From the NCBI GenBank assembly GCA_021613535.1, contig CP075494.1, forward strand, positions 3,720,001 through 3,784,000: a stretch of 64,000 bases of DNA. Reading direction: 5' to 3'. The notes beneath the pieces are model-generated. The model did no database searches. It had not been told where the DNA came from and saw only the letters and a program-made list of their open reading frames with translations. The stretch's first letter is position 1. Each line of letters opens with the position of its first letter. Shown here one piece after another: positions 25,003 to 38,665 of this stretch. The translations under genes and the position numbers were made by a program. The stretch comes from Adineta vaga. Lineage: Eukaryota > Animalia > Rotifera.

Positions 25003-25773
25003 ATGTACAGATTTCAATTGCTAACATTATTCCTCCTTCAACTCACTGCATTTTTCTTATATGCTCAAACTAAATCACTAAAAGGTGTCTGTTCCACCAG
25101 TCCATCTGATCATTGCAATGAAATAGATCGTCTCAATGCTTCTTGGTATTACAATTGGCTACCAATATCGAACTGTACTCCAAGTCCAACAGCTGCGTTT
25201 ATTCCAATGATTTGGAGCGATGCTTTTATGGATAAACTACCACTCGTTAACAGTTCTGGTGCACCTGTTCTGCTCACTTTCAACGAGCCAGATTTTGATT
25301 CACAGAGTAACATGACCGTAGAACTTGCTGTCTCTCTTTGGCCACTAATTGAACGAGAAATAGATCCTCAAATAAAGATTTCTTCTCCTGCACCTACTTC
25401 TTCTCCGGCAGGGCAACGATGGTTGTTACAATTCATGATAGAATGTGTACATTGTCGTATCGATATCATTGCTTTGCATTATTACAATACATGCGATGCC
25501 GATACTTTTTTTTCATTTCTCAATACTTGGACAATTTTTGGCCTACCTATTTGGCTTACTGAATTCGATTGTATGACAAAATCTGAAGAAGACAATGTGA
25601 AATTTGCACAATCAGTAATTCCTTTGATGGCAGAACGTGTGCCATTACTGCAACGCTATGCATGGTTTGCTACTCGTACTGATATAAAAGATAAATACTA
25701 TTATGGTTGTGCATTATTCAATGCAACAACATCGGAATTAACGAGACTCGGTCGTGTTTATCGAGCATTGTGA
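25003..25773 (+). CDS. Secreted GH128-like (Glyco_hydro_cc/Asl1) beta-1,3-glucanase
   Basis: Signal peptide; WYYNW, FIPMIW, FNEPD (acid/base), PIWLTEF (nucleophile) and RYAWF. Confidence 0.88.
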   Translation: MYRFQLLTLFLLQLTAFFLYAQTKSLKGVCSTSPSDHCNEIDRLNASWYYNWLPISNCTPSPTAAFIPMIWSDAFMDKLPLVNSSGAPVLLTFNEPDFDSQSNMTVELAVSLWPLIEREIDPQIKISSPAPTSSPAGQRWLLQFMIECVHCRIDIIALHYYNTCDADTFFSFLNTWTIFGLPIWLTEFDCMTKSEEDNVKFAQSVIPLMAERVPLLQRYAWFATRTDIKDKYYYGCALFNATTSELTRLGRVYRAL

Positions 25774-26215
25774 TGCTTAAGTGAAAGAATTTAATTTGCA
25801 GATGTGAATGAGAGTGTATCGTCTCCTTGAAAATTCATACCATCACCCTCGATCCGAACCTAGATATGACACAAGTGTGTTCTTGAAACTTTTCTGTTTA
25901 TATAATGAAATTAATATTTCTTGCGTTTTAAAATAAACGAATGAATGAGTTGAAGTTATTCAATTAATGCAATGAGACATTTATGTCGCCTATAATTTTT
26001 TTATTCTTATAAACTTGTTGTTTTGCTTTTTCATTATTAATAGATGATATTCTTTTCATATTTTTTATATAAAAATAACGTTATTTTCAAATCCGTGTAA
26101 AATGAGCTGCTTTAAAGTGAAGATAATTTTTTCTCTCACTTCATTATATTTAATCAAATATTCAAGAATTATTTTTCATTTTACAGTAAAACTCAAACAT
26201 ATTTTCATATTTGAA

Positions 26216-27169
26216 ATGGGAAATTTTCCATCCTATTCATCTAATATTCCATATTTTTGGCCAAAATTTGAATTTTCATTAATATTATTTGGAATCATTC
26301 TCTCAATTCCATGTTATTTATTCGTATTTTATCATATTCTAATGGAAAAAGTATCTCGTCAAAGTCTTCATAATCATGTTATTTTCTTATTATTAATTTA
26401 TAATTTTCTCATTGTTACATTTGATTTACCAATGATATTAAATTTCAATCGTTTAGGATATGTTTCACCATTTAATCCATTCATTTGTCTTCTTTGGCAA
26501 TTTATTGATAATGGAATATGGTATGGTGCTCTTTCATTAATGTTTTGGGCAACATTTGAACGGCATATTCTTGTATTTCATACAAATTTAGTCTCAACAA
26601 AATATCGACGTTTGTTTATTCATTATATTCCATTGATATTTTTCTCTCTTTATACTCCATTAGTATATTTTTATTTAGTCTTCATTTATTCATGTGGACA
26701 AAATTTTGTTATTACGGCAATTCGTTGTGGTTCAATATGCCTTTATATAAATGCTCCACAATGGTTACAATTATATGATTCATATGTTAACTATACATTA
26801 CCAGTTCTTTTAATTCCCATCTGTAGTGTAACACTTTTATCTCGATTTATTAAGCAAAAACGACGTTTACAACAAAATGTCACGTGGCGTCAGAGTCGAA
26901 AAATGATTATTCAAATTACCTTAATATCAACTGTTTACATAGTTTTTGATCTACCTGCTATAATTGTGTTTATCGTACAATCATCTGGTTATCCAACATT
27001 TGGAAATACAATTTGGTCACCATTTTTAACACGTATGACATTAATTCCTTCGATTATTCTACCATTTGCTACTCTATTAGCGTTACCTCGATCCAAAGAA
27101 AAGCTTGCGCGTTTATGCTTTTGGACACATAATCGACGAGCTGTTCTTCCTGGAACGACAACACATTGA
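26216..27169 (+). CDS. Rhodopsin-like 7TM GPCR, intronless
   Basis: Seven TM segments; LHNH and WATFERH; likely start MGNFP (ORF open from 26102). Confidence 0.85.
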   Translation: MGNFPSYSSNIPYFWPKFEFSLILFGIILSIPCYLFVFYHILMEKVSRQSLHNHVIFLLLIYNFLIVTFDLPMILNFNRLGYVSPFNPFICLLWQFIDNGIWYGALSLMFWATFERHILVFHTNLVSTKYRRLFIHYIPLIFFSLYTPLVYFYLVFIYSCGQNFVITAIRCGSICLYINAPQWLQLYDSYVNYTLPVLLIPICSVTLLSRFIKQKRRLQQNVTWRQSRKMIIQITLISTVYIVFDLPAIIVFIVQSSGYPTFGNTIWSPFLTRMTLIPSIILPFATLLALPRSKEKLARLCFWTHNRRAVLPGTTTH

Positions 27170-27741
27170 GAATTTTATTTTATAGTCACTAAAATAAATA
27201 TGACGTGTAAGATACACTTAAAGTTTTATTCATAGTCATTTTTTCTATTAGCTATTACCTTGAAAATTATTGATAAAAATAAACCTTTCTACCCATGATC
27301 TTTTCAATTTTTGAGAATTATTTCTGGATTATTAGTATTATGTTTGATGATGAACAGTAAATTGAATAAGCATGTCTCTTTTCTTTAATCTTTTTTTCAT
27401 ACTATAATTGATGCGATAAAGTACATACACAACGTCAGTGCTCAATGTATTTCAAGGAAAGACGAGAAATAAACATTGATTTTTTTATTTTGAAATTCCA
27501 AATAAAATACGACCGGGAGACGTATAATAATGAACACTGTGCAATGATTGTTGACTATTTCCAACTTCATCAAGACATGATCGACCATAAATAGATGGAC
27601 TATAAGATAAATGATGACTATGTTTACACGGTTCTTTTTCTCCTGTGTTATATTGATGATTGACTTCGAAGGGAAAGTTATAAATAGTAATATGTACCTA
27701 CGGACAGCGTGAGTATACTGATAAAAATAACTTCAAGTCTA

Positions 27742-27794
27742 TGAAGGATGTGGGTGTGATTATCCTCTTGACTCTCACACACCCATATCCTCAA
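27742..27794. repeat. Short hairpin/MITE-like element with GAGGATGTGGGTGT-type inverted termini (related copies 3778-3868, 30810-30876, 38671-38722, 50151-50200)
   Basis: Left end tgaaggatgtgggtgtga; the right end reverse-complements to ttgaggatatgggtgtgtg. Confidence 0.6.
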
Positions 27795-28450
27795 GAAATT
27801 TTCGATGGAACACCTTTAAATGACACTAGAATTATATATGCAAATAGATTGACAGACAATTTAAAACAAATGCTAGTAAAGAAAAGACCAGATAAACAAG
27901 TCGTGAGGTTACAAGCAGAATGAGATACATTCAGTGCTAGTAACAAAAGAAAAATAAAGAATGAAAAATATGAAAAAGATCTATAGCTCAGATAAATCAA
28001 AAAATTTTAATCAATATTAATAAAAATATACATGTAAATATATGTTAAAATGAAAAAGAGGATAACCGCAATTTTATGTGAAATTCATAAAATATCATAT
28101 CATCTACAAGATCCAACATTATTATAATTATTTTAAATACATTATATTAACTCACTATACATTGATAATCATTATAACTTTACTACATCATATCATTTCA
28201 TCTGATACAGTATAATATACATAGATAATATTCAAATCACTTGAAAAAGATATACATTCGAAAGACCTTGTGCTTTTTTGTTCCTCTTTCTTTATTTATC
28301 AAGTGTTGACTTGATTTCATTTAAAAAGCCACATCCACCCAAATCAATAGCATATATATGAAAAAAGTTTATATGCTAAACTATTACAAAATAAAACCGA
28401 TAGACTATAAATAATGTTTATAAAATGTGTTCGTTGGATATTTTCATCCT

Positions 28451-30172
28451 TTAATCAAGCCATAAGTACACTCCTTTGCATGAAGAACAACACCCACCGT
28501 CACATACATAATTTCTTCTCATATTCGGAAGCCAATCTTCGATCTCATAAGCCAATTTTTCATTATCAGAAGGAAATGTTTCATTGTCATCAATGATCGG
28601 TCGAAATATGACATGTGTTAAGTATTTTTCATTTTTCAATATTGCTTTTGCATCATCCAAATGCTCGACTTCAATATCGAGTTCATCGATATAACGAGAT
28701 AATTTCAAAGCAATTTTATCTCGAATGATCAATTTTCTTGTTTTAGAATTTGTACAAGTTATTTTCACTGAACGAAGATCCCATGCTTTTTTGAATAGGA
28801 CTTTCAATTGAACATCCAAATTTCTAATAAATGTGCATTTATCCTGAATTTTCAAGTGTATTTTTTCGAGATTTGATAAATCAATGATTGTTGAGAGACA
28901 TTCGATTGCATCATTCGACCATTCTTGATTAATTATCAATACAAGTTCTTTTACATTTCGAAATTGATACTTCGCTAATAAATTAGTCTAAAAATAAAAA
29001 GATTTTCATATTTCAAAATTGTCGAATAATAATTACCCTATTTTGAGTATTTTCAGTCATAAATTGATTTAAATTCAAAGTTAATCGATGCACATAGAGG
29101 ATAGCCGGTTTGTTATCATCACTTGCTGTCAACATAGAATCTAAGATAGTCATTCGATAACAAGAATAATCGAATTCATCTCGAAAATTCATTCCTACTG
29201 AATAGACATCATACCATTTCTTATTTTCATTAGTTATGTAATCACATCGAACAAACCATTGTTTACGATCACGCCAAAATGGTGTTTGAAATGATTCAAA
29301 TGATTTGTCAATATTGAAAGTATCTCCATATTTGGGCACATGATAAGCAAAATTGAAATCGAATTGTTTTAAAAATGGTAATTTCGTTTCAATCAAATAT
29401 TCCCATTTGTAACCATCAAATAAGGAATTATCAGTTTTATTTTCTGAGCTTTCCAATTGAAGATATTGTAGCTGAGGACAAAGCGTAAGAATCGATTCCA
29501 TATGATGTATTGTGGCTTCATTTTTCATGTTTATTGAGAGTGAAGTTAAGTTACTAACTTGTTCATTATTGGATTTTGTTTCAATAAAAGTATCGAACAT
29601 GTCATTATAAAAAGATTTCAAAACCAATTTTCGTAAATCAGTTAAAGTACTGATGATAAAGACAGTTTGACTCCTTTCAGATTTGTCAAGAATTATCAGA
29701 TTCTTTAATCTACATGATTTAAGTGCTTCTATCAATTTTTCAAAGATTTTTAAATCGTAGTCACAATTCCATATTGAGAGTGTTGTCAGAGATGATTGCG
29801 TAATAAAACTTGAAAATCTGTCCAAATTTATTCGATGATGTATAGCGAGAGTCATTGAAAGTACTTGACTAAATTGCTCAATAGAAAAATGTTCAAGAAA
29901 GAATTGCATTGTACCAACTGATTTATCTTCGTTCGCCAATGTAAGTGAAATAACATTTTTAGGATCGATTAAACGTCGTACCGATCTAGACTAGACACTG
30001 AACTATAACGGAAATCCAATTGATAATGATTGTAACTTTTGCTAATTGTATAAAATCGTTTGCATACACGACGGAATGAAAAAAGAATTATCTTTGCATC
30101 AAGTTCATCACAAATTCGATAAAGAATTTCTGTAGGTAATGTATCAAGATAAGATTTATTTGTAGCAGACAT
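28451..30172 (-). CDS. F-box + LRR-like protein (intron 28988-29036; frameshift at about 29981)
   Basis: LDTLPTEILYRICDEL...VCKRF F-box; DGYKWE...LPFLKQFDF and FQTPFW typical of this expanded family. Confidence 0.8.
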
Positions 30173-31000
30173 AAATCTCTGTATGACGAATGAAAACTTG
30201 TAATAGATTTTTATCTGAAAAACATAAAATATTGTGGAAATGAGTATTACTATATGTTGATCTTAAGCCGCTAACTGCAGTTAACGACTTTCTTGTTTAT
30301 GTGACACGACAATGGATCTAAATGATATGAGAACATATCATTACATATGATTTATACACTGGTACTCTGTTCGCTTTTTTCTTCCTTTAGAAAAAAACAA
30401 AACGAAGAGAATGGGATATAACCAAAAGCATGCGAAGAAGAAAAATAAAACCGTATAAATATTATTTCTCTTTCTCTTTCTACAGTCATTTTAGGCGGTG
30501 ACAACATACCATTTTTTATGAGAGAACTGAAAAGAAAAGAAAAGGAATAGTTCCATATGCAACAAATAATGAATCATGTCGAAAAACACTTATACAACGA
30601 ATTATTATCGAATCTGAGTATTTTACACAATCAACTATAAAAGATTAATTGATTTTCTAAGCCCATATTTTGTCTAAAATATCACTAACATACAACAATA
30701 AAATTATCAACAGTTAATTGAAAGTTGAAAAAAGCTTTCAGCGCCATTAAAAATGTGAAACACGATTGAGCTGGTACAACTTGAATAGAGATAATAATCA
30801 TTATATTTCTTGAGGGTGTGAGTGTGGGTAAGAATGAGATTGATAGAAGTTGGAAAGTAATCATCCACACCGTCAATATCAATTCTCAAAACAAGATACA
30901 GAATCTATTCAGTCCATCTTTTTATTAATAATGCAAATGGTATATTTAAAAAATAATACAATAATATCAAAATCAAGTTTATATGAACAGATCAACATAT

Positions 31001-34000
31001 TCAGGATGATTCAATTGTTAAAAAACAAGATAACTGTTGTTTTTGTTTCAATCGTCGTCGAATATTATCTAAAATGAATAATTTCTTGTCTTCAAGAGAA
31101 ATTCGATAAATAAAATAATTTTCTTCATGTTCTATTATAGCTTCAATTTGATTGAATGATAGTGGAAATGAACTGTGATTACATGTTCGAGTAGATTTTA
31201 CTTCGATATAATGTGTTTTTCCGTTTCTAATTAGAAGAATATCATATGGTAAATGAGATTCCTCAAATTCATTTTCCCATTTAATAGAAACCGAATCTAA
31301 TTGATGGCGATACTCATTCAATAAATATTCATAAATAATCTGTTCACCACGAATACCAATGTCTGAATCTAAAACTTCATTATTTCCAATTTTAGTGAGT
31401 AGATTTGTTGTAAACATTGAGCTTTCTGTTGCTATTAATGATATATCAATCAGTTGAATATTATCGATTTGTTTGTCGTTGGATTCAGATGATAATGATC
31501 TTCTTGGTCTATTCATCATTGAATTCGTTTCTTCAGAAGAATCTAAATTTGAATACAAATTTCAACAAACGTCAAAGATGCGAAGTGTTGGGAATTCACA
31601 GAAAATCACTACCATTCGCGCGTACTAAGGAAAGAAGATTCAATTACCTTGAGAAGAACGATGGCGAAGAGTTGATGAATTTTTGGGTCGATCATTGATA
31701 TCGATTGAAGAAGTAGTAGTGGACTTTTCGTTTTCTGAATGATATTTAATTTGCTTGATATTCGATGAAATATTTGTGTTTATTTCGATCTTCGTTTCTT
31801 CGTTTTCAATTGATGAGAATATGGAAGACTTGATTTCTTCAACAAAACCTGGTATTGGTAACGATTTCAAGACAACATCTCTAGCTATTAACAATTCAAT
31901 TGCAAGTTTTTGAAAATGTTTAATGATATCTTTTTTGTTCGCTCGTAATAGAAATCCAAGTTTATCATCAAATTTTTCAATATTCAATAATTGACATAAC
32001 TTCTTTGGAAGTTCCATTAGAGTCATTTCACCTTTCCATGGTCGATTTATATAAAATTTTTGAGAAAGAATATCATTATATACATACGTTTCTTGGATGA
32101 GTTTACCATCAAAATAGAACTGTAAACAATCTGATTCGATAAAATCGATTTTTTCTTGAAGAATACTATCAATGGATGAAATAACATCAGACGGATAAGA
32201 TAGTTTTGTAAGCCATGCTTTCAAAAATGGAGAAATTTCAATTAATTTGTTACGAAATATTTGAGCAGGTGTAGGATCTTGAGCTACAAGTTTCAAATCT
32301 GTTACTTTTATTTGTTTAATATTGAATAATTCTAAAAGCATCTGTAAATGTCGTTCAGTTTTGTTTTTAAAATCAAGTTTAAGACAAGGAATAATATCAC
32401 CAAGATTATTATTCATTCCATTTTCTTCTATATAAACAAATAGAGTTTTGGCTAATTTCCATTGATTATTTTCAGTCAATAAATACATTTTATTTGCTCT
32501 TGTGTGTATTTTTATTAATTCTCCTTTTGACCATGAGGGGATTTCTTTTAATATGTATGAATATATCAATTGAATCCGTTCAAGATTATCATTTAAATGC
32601 TGTTCATCAAGATGAATCTTTTCTAATAAATCAAAATAATTATCTGATGAAAGATTTGTTTTAAAATTGAAAATATATTGCCAATGTTTTGTATCATGTA
32701 CGGTTGAAAATGAAGGAAAAGGTAAATACTTATCACATAAATCTTTCATTTCCTTTGTATCGATAAAAACATCTTTCGCTAATTCACATGTATTCAAAAT
32801 AGTTGGTATACATTGAGTATTTTTAACGAACCAAGCAACATAACCAGCATTTTCTAACATCGCTCCACTCTTATCATTATCCCAACCACGTTGAGTCCAA
32901 TAAATTCTTATATTTTGTAATAATTTTTCTACTTGAACATTATTTAGTACATATGACCAAAAACATTTGGCAAATTCATAATCATCTATGATGAAAATAT
33001 CATAGAGAATTCTATTTAAATTTATTAGAAAAAGAGTTCTTACTTTTTGTATATTCTAAAAATGTTATCGTTTTCAATCCAGAATAAGAATCTACTTGAG
33101 AACGTCCATCAGGTGAAGTTCTCTTCAAATATTGTCGATGAAATCCTGCTTGAATTGCATCTTGAATAGTTAATTTATGTTGATATTCAATTACACGTAA
33201 TTCCTCTTGAACATTTAACATAAGAAAAAATCGTCGCCATTCTGCTAAATTATCATTACTTTTTTTACAAATACTATTTGATATATAGTCAAAAGATAAG
33301 AATCGATCTTTTTTTGATTTTAAATATGTTTCCAATGGTAATCGTGGTTTATAATGATCAGAAAAATAACATTGTTCAGCTGGTATTAATGTTCTGTGTT
33401 GTTAATAGTTTCATTTGTTTCAATTGATCAAATTCTTTTTTACCGATAGAATTTTTTTCAAATAACATAAATAAGATTTCAATTGTTTCTATGGCATTTT
33501 CTAACGTGATATAAGTAGTTACATTTGGAAGAATTGTTTTATGTAAATATGTTAAATCAGTACGTTCAATTACACCTAAACTTTGTAACCATCCATAGAT
33601 TCCCTTTGGTGCAAACTGATTTAACCAATTAAACACGTATGGATGTACATATACATCTTTTGAATTACCTCGACTATTATTCTTAACTATTTCCATGGAA
33701 AAATAAATATCTTTACTCGCTTGTAGACAATTATTTTGATCCATTATAAATGGAATTTGTTCAATAGATACATGCAGATCACATCCCATTTCAATTCTTG
33801 AGAATTGTGTATAAAAATATTCAATCATAGATATATTATCTTCAACTGAATGAGTTTTGAGAAAAATCTCTGATTTAAACATGTCAACACAATCATGCCA
33901 TGTGAATTGTCTAACACCAATTCGTAGTAAGTTCGGATCACAATCAATAAATGGTTGATCAGCATATTCAGAAGAACTATTCGTCAATTTAGTCATAATA

Positions 34001-35692
34001 TACTGACGCATCGAATAAATATTTATAAAGGATAATTGTTTAGACATCAATGTCGAATCCATGATAACTTGATCAACCTAAATAGAATTTATATTACAAC
34101 AGACGGAATGGTGATTTAAATTTTATTTAATCATTAATATTCACTAAACTTACTCTTAATAGTTGATTTGTTCTATTTAAAATAAAATTACAATGACTAA
34201 TAGATGTTTCATATGATTGATTGAAACATTTCGATAAAATGTTATGTGTTGTCTTTAATTTCAATGGAAGAAGATAATAAGCTTGTGAACCAAATTGTTC
34301 GTTACAAACTAATTCTTTGATCCATTGAAAAATTTCACTCCCTATTTTGTGAAATAACCATTGATTCCACGCTGAATCTACAAATATTTAATGAGAAAAA
34401 TTATTTTTCTATATTCAAAGTTTACCGAGATGAATTTGTTCTCGATTGACATTTGTTAAGAAATTAGCGTTTATTAATATTGGAAATTTGTATTCGAAAA
34501 TCTTTGTTGGTAGATAAGAAAAAAGAATTGAATGTTGATCAATCAATTTTGTTAGACCACCAGAAAATGTACCATCTTGATCATATATTGGATCATTATA
34601 GTTAGCAGCAAATATCATCTCTGCTTTTCTTATAAAACGTAATTTCTCCGGTGCTTTAGAATCTCTTGTTAATTTTTCTTGTACATCACCTGGAATATCT
34701 AATTCCAATCGTTTAACAATCCATTGTGATACGATATTTTCGTCAGAATAAATCTGTATTAAACCATTACTTATATCACGTTCAATGAAAATTCTATTAT
34801 TGAATAGTAAAAGAAATACTATATTAGATATATTTCGTAGAAATAAGAACACATGTGATTGTTGTTTTAAATGATTTATTGCTGTACGAATATCTTCAAT
34901 TTGGTTTAATAAAATAATATAAGCTACTTGAATTTGTTTTTGATTAGAGTGAAGAAAATCTTTGATAGAATCAGGAATGTCATTTTCATCGGTCCATATA
35001 GGATTAATTTGCCAAGGATAAATAAATTGTCGATTATTTTGTTGTTCCCATTGTTGTTGAGTATCAGTTTGCCATTCTTTATTCCATTTGATTTGATATG
35101 TAGAGTCAAATCGAAAATATTCTTCATTCGAATATATAATAACTCTATCTGATTTTCCGAAAGCAGCTTTAAAACCTAAACCTTTATATCCTGTTTTGTC
35201 AAGATCCTTCTTTTTTGTTCCATTATTAATGCCACACAAACCTTGTATATCTTTTTCGTCAAATATTTTTCCTATGTAAAGAGAATTACTCAATCTACTA
35301 GTTTCGCAGACAAAGTCGACGTTCTTGACTGTAAGAAAATGTATAAATGAGTACTAAAAATCACCTTCTCACTCTCAAGATTCGTCGTCGACTTTTCTGG
35401 AAACTTCTAGATCAACCTATATGTAACAATGGGAAATATCAAAGAATATTTTATTACCATCATGAGCGATTATAAAATATTTGTCTTCCAGAATTGTTAG
35501 AATAATATTCTTAGCTTGCGCATCATCTGCATTTTGTATTAATTCATATATAAATCGTATATTGTCCGTATATAAATCACTTGATAAAGATTTTAAAGAT
35601 TCAGCTTGATTTATCACTTGTTCAGGAAATTTATAATCAGTATTTTTCGATGACAGTTCATCGATGTATTGTTTCAAGCTTGTTTTCTTCAT
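31001..35692 (-). CDS. Sacsin/NO VEIN-like protein: N-terminal GHKL ATPase + C-terminal DUF3883 PD-(D/E)xK domain; multi-exon, frameshift at about 33392
   Basis: IYELIQNADDA, KTGYKGLGFKAAF, P.LINANF and HLPYDI...YIEVKST. Introns 35272-35457, 34378-34425, 34078-34153, 32986-33043 and 31543-31647. Confidence 0.82.
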
Positions 35693-36883
35693 CGTAGAGA
35701 TCTTATGAAAAAAACAAAATATAGTGCGTAAAAAATGTCTCAAAACATCGACAAAAGGGATCGATGAGAAGAATTTATGATGATAACATGGTGAAGATAG
35801 TCGATGTTTTTCCTCAAAAATCCTTTTTTACCATGGCTTCAGCAGGTAAAACAGAACTTAACGAAAGATTGGAGTTTTGTGGTCTATCACAGTGGTTTTC
35901 ATTGAAAACATTTTTTGTGAGAAAAACTTGCTTAACCGAACGAGTCTAGAAAAAAAAACTTTCTTTTTTTCTTCCTTTCTTTCTTTCCTCGTTATTAGAG
36001 AAAGACCGGAAAATGTTTTTTTACGTACTTTCACTATGTGTAGTGTATTTCAACCGTCAATAAAATTTCAGATAAATTTTTAGGAGAATGTATGTTATAA
36101 AATCAGACAAAAATATATTTTTCTATGCTTGATTGATGATAAAAAAAAAGAGCTATTATTGTATTTACAAACAGAATCTATGTTACATTTTTCTTTTGCG
36201 TTCTGTCTTAACAGGCGAATAGATAAAACTGTGGCAACTGGCAACGAAGAACGAACAATTGAGATTAGGCCGTTATGTTCTCTTGCCATTGACGACGAAG
36301 TTTGCGATAGACAGAGGATGAGTCATTTTTCACTATTGTAAACATCGCTCCAAAACCATGAGATACAAAATCAACACTATACTGTGGTTTTATTTTAATC
36401 AATAATAAAAAGTTACATAAGGAAAACTAACAAAAAATTCATGTCTATCAAAAGAAATTTTATTTTCATACATGAACACTTCGAAATTCTGATCAGTGTG
36501 AAATAAATATTAATAAAAATCGATATTTTTTTATTTGAAACGTTTGAAACGACTGTTGCTCAGTATTATATATAAGAAAATGAAAAGAACAACATATCTT
36601 TGTTTTCTTTTTCTGCTGTATTCAGATCTTTATGGCATAGTATATTCTATGATGGAGTTTTTTCTTGTAATATATCAACACACGCTTCCAAGTTAGTCAT
36701 ACAGTCAACATTGAAATGAATAAAACGAGAGAATTGTTTTTGTTTTCGTCATCATTATTCTTTTTTTTTATCATTCACATAACTAATATGAAAGTAGGAG
36801 TGCGCGCACACATGCACATGTACTTTCATAATAATGTAAGAAAGTATTGATTCTTTTTTTTAGAAAAACACATGAGTTTATAA

Positions 36884-38665
36884 ATGAATAAATTGCAATC
36901 AATAACAACATTTGAATGTTTTCCAAATGAAATAATAATTGAATGTTTCGAATATTTTCATGGATTGGAGATCTTTTATTCATTTGATGATTTAAATTCT
37001 CGTTTTAACAAACTTATTCGAACTATTCAATTAAATATGAATTTTGAATATGTTCGTAAAATAATATTCGATAAATTCTGTCAAACAATGCAGTCCAATC
37101 CAGAAACTAAAAAACAAATTTCTTCATTAAAACTATCGAATAAAAACACATGTGGTCAAATTCAACATTTTCTTTCATTGTTTTCATTCAATGAATTTAC
37201 TTCCCTTCGATCATTAACTTTAATTGAAGTCGAAGAAAATAATATCGATCAATTAAAAACAATGTTACCACTATTATCAACATCTTGTTTGATACATTTG
37301 ATTGATAGTGATAGTGAAAATCATGGTGAACCATTATTATTAGGAACAAATATACACAAAACATGTCCCTCATTACCGACTTTTCATTGTCCACTTATTT
37401 TTTCTATGTCATGCATTACACATTTAACACTCGGTTACTGTTCATGTCTCGATTTAAGTCAATTATTTCGATATTTATCAATGTTGAGATATGTAAATGT
37501 TGGATATGTTTCCAGCAATAAATCTTGGACGGAATATTACACAGAGTTTTCTAATGATCGTGCTGTTCATCTTACACAATTGATTTTAATGAATTTTTCC
37601 GCAGGATTGACGATATTTGAAAGACTTGCAAAGCAAATACAGAATTTGAATAAATTAATGATAATTTCAAATGGTTGTATAGATATGTTTGACGCTTCTC
37701 GTTGGGAAAACTTAATTGTATCATCACTTCCTTTATTGACTATTTTCAAGTTTGAATTCAACTTCAAGTCTAAGTATGATTGGATAGAAAAGACTATGAC
37801 GGTTTTTACTGAAAAATTCGAATATTTTCAAACTAGTTTTTGGCGAGAAGAACATCATTGGTTTACTGAATTTTCATGCAATTCAAATCGATCAATACTT
37901 TTTTATACGATACCATACATGTCACATGTTGCATTTTTAAATGAATTACCTGAGAAATTGAATACATTTGATCATATAACAGAATTAACTGTTGATCTTC
38001 AACATGACATGAGAAAAGATGAATTTTATTTTGAAAATGTCAGAAAACTTAAGTTATATACACGCAAACAAGATGAGATTATTATTGGAATAGAAGAAAG
38101 TTTTCAATCTCTAAAAATGATGATTAATTTATCTAAATTGAGATATTTGCATATTATAGATTGTTCTACAATTAATTTTCCAATTGTATTATTGAATATA
38201 CTAAAAGAAGCATCACAATTATCATCATTAAAACTCTATCCAAAATTTTTATTATTATCATTTAGCAATGATGAATTAAGCAAATATTTGAATAGCAAGA
38301 TTAAAGAATTAGATCTATATTTACATTCAAGTTCTACTCTATTCACGAATGATGATATAACAAAAACTTTTTGTCGAATATTTTCAAATCTTGAACAACT
38401 TTCGTGTAAGATGGAAGAACAACGTTATTTAATAGTTTTATTAAATCATTTATCAAAATTATCCATGGCACATGTTTCTTTCAGTAATCCAGACTTTTTG
38501 GTCTCCTCGAAAGTTCCGATAGATTTGCAATCATTTCAAAAAGAAACATCGAAAATAAATATGTTGTTTCGTATTAGCCATACTGAATGCGTAGATAATA
38601 CGGAGTATTTTTCAATGTTTTCGCAAACAATCATGTTAACTATTTGGATCGATAATAATATATAA
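36884..38665 (+). CDS. F-box + LRR-like protein, intronless
   Basis: FECFPNEIIIECFEY..LNSRFN; DASRWE..LPLL.IFKFEF; FQTSFW. Confidence 0.82.
   Translation: MNKLQSITTFECFPNEIIIECFEYFHGLEIFYSFDDLNSRFNKLIRTIQLNMNFEYVRKIIFDKFCQTMQSNPETKKQISSLKLSNKNTCGQIQHFLSLFSFNEFTSLRSLTLIEVEENNIDQLKTMLPLLSTSCLIHLIDSDSENHGEPLLLGTNIHKTCPSLPTFHCPLIFSMSCITHLTLGYCSCLDLSQLFRYLSMLRYVNVGYVSSNKSWTEYYTEFSNDRAVHLTQLILMNFSAGLTIFERLAKQIQNLNKLMIISNGCIDMFDASRWENLIVSSLPLLTIFKFEFNFKSKYDWIEKTMTVFTEKFEYFQTSFWREEHHWFTEFSCNSNRSILFYTIPYMSHVAFLNELPEKLNTFDHITELTVDLQHDMRKDEFYFENVRKLKLYTRKQDEIIIGIEESFQSLKMMINLSKLRYLHIIDCSTINFPIVLLNILKEASQLSSLKLYPKFLLLSFSNDELSKYLNSKIKELDLYLHSSSTLFTNDDITKTFCRIFSNLEQLSCKMEEQRYLIVLLNHLSKLSMAHVSFSNPDFLVSSKVPIDLQSFQKETSKINMLFRISHTECVDNTEYFSMFSQTIMLTIWIDNNI

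Noticed and set aside
31543-31647. Apparent break between ORFs 31640..32860 and 31001..31558
   Set aside because: Explained by a GT-AG intron that restores the frame
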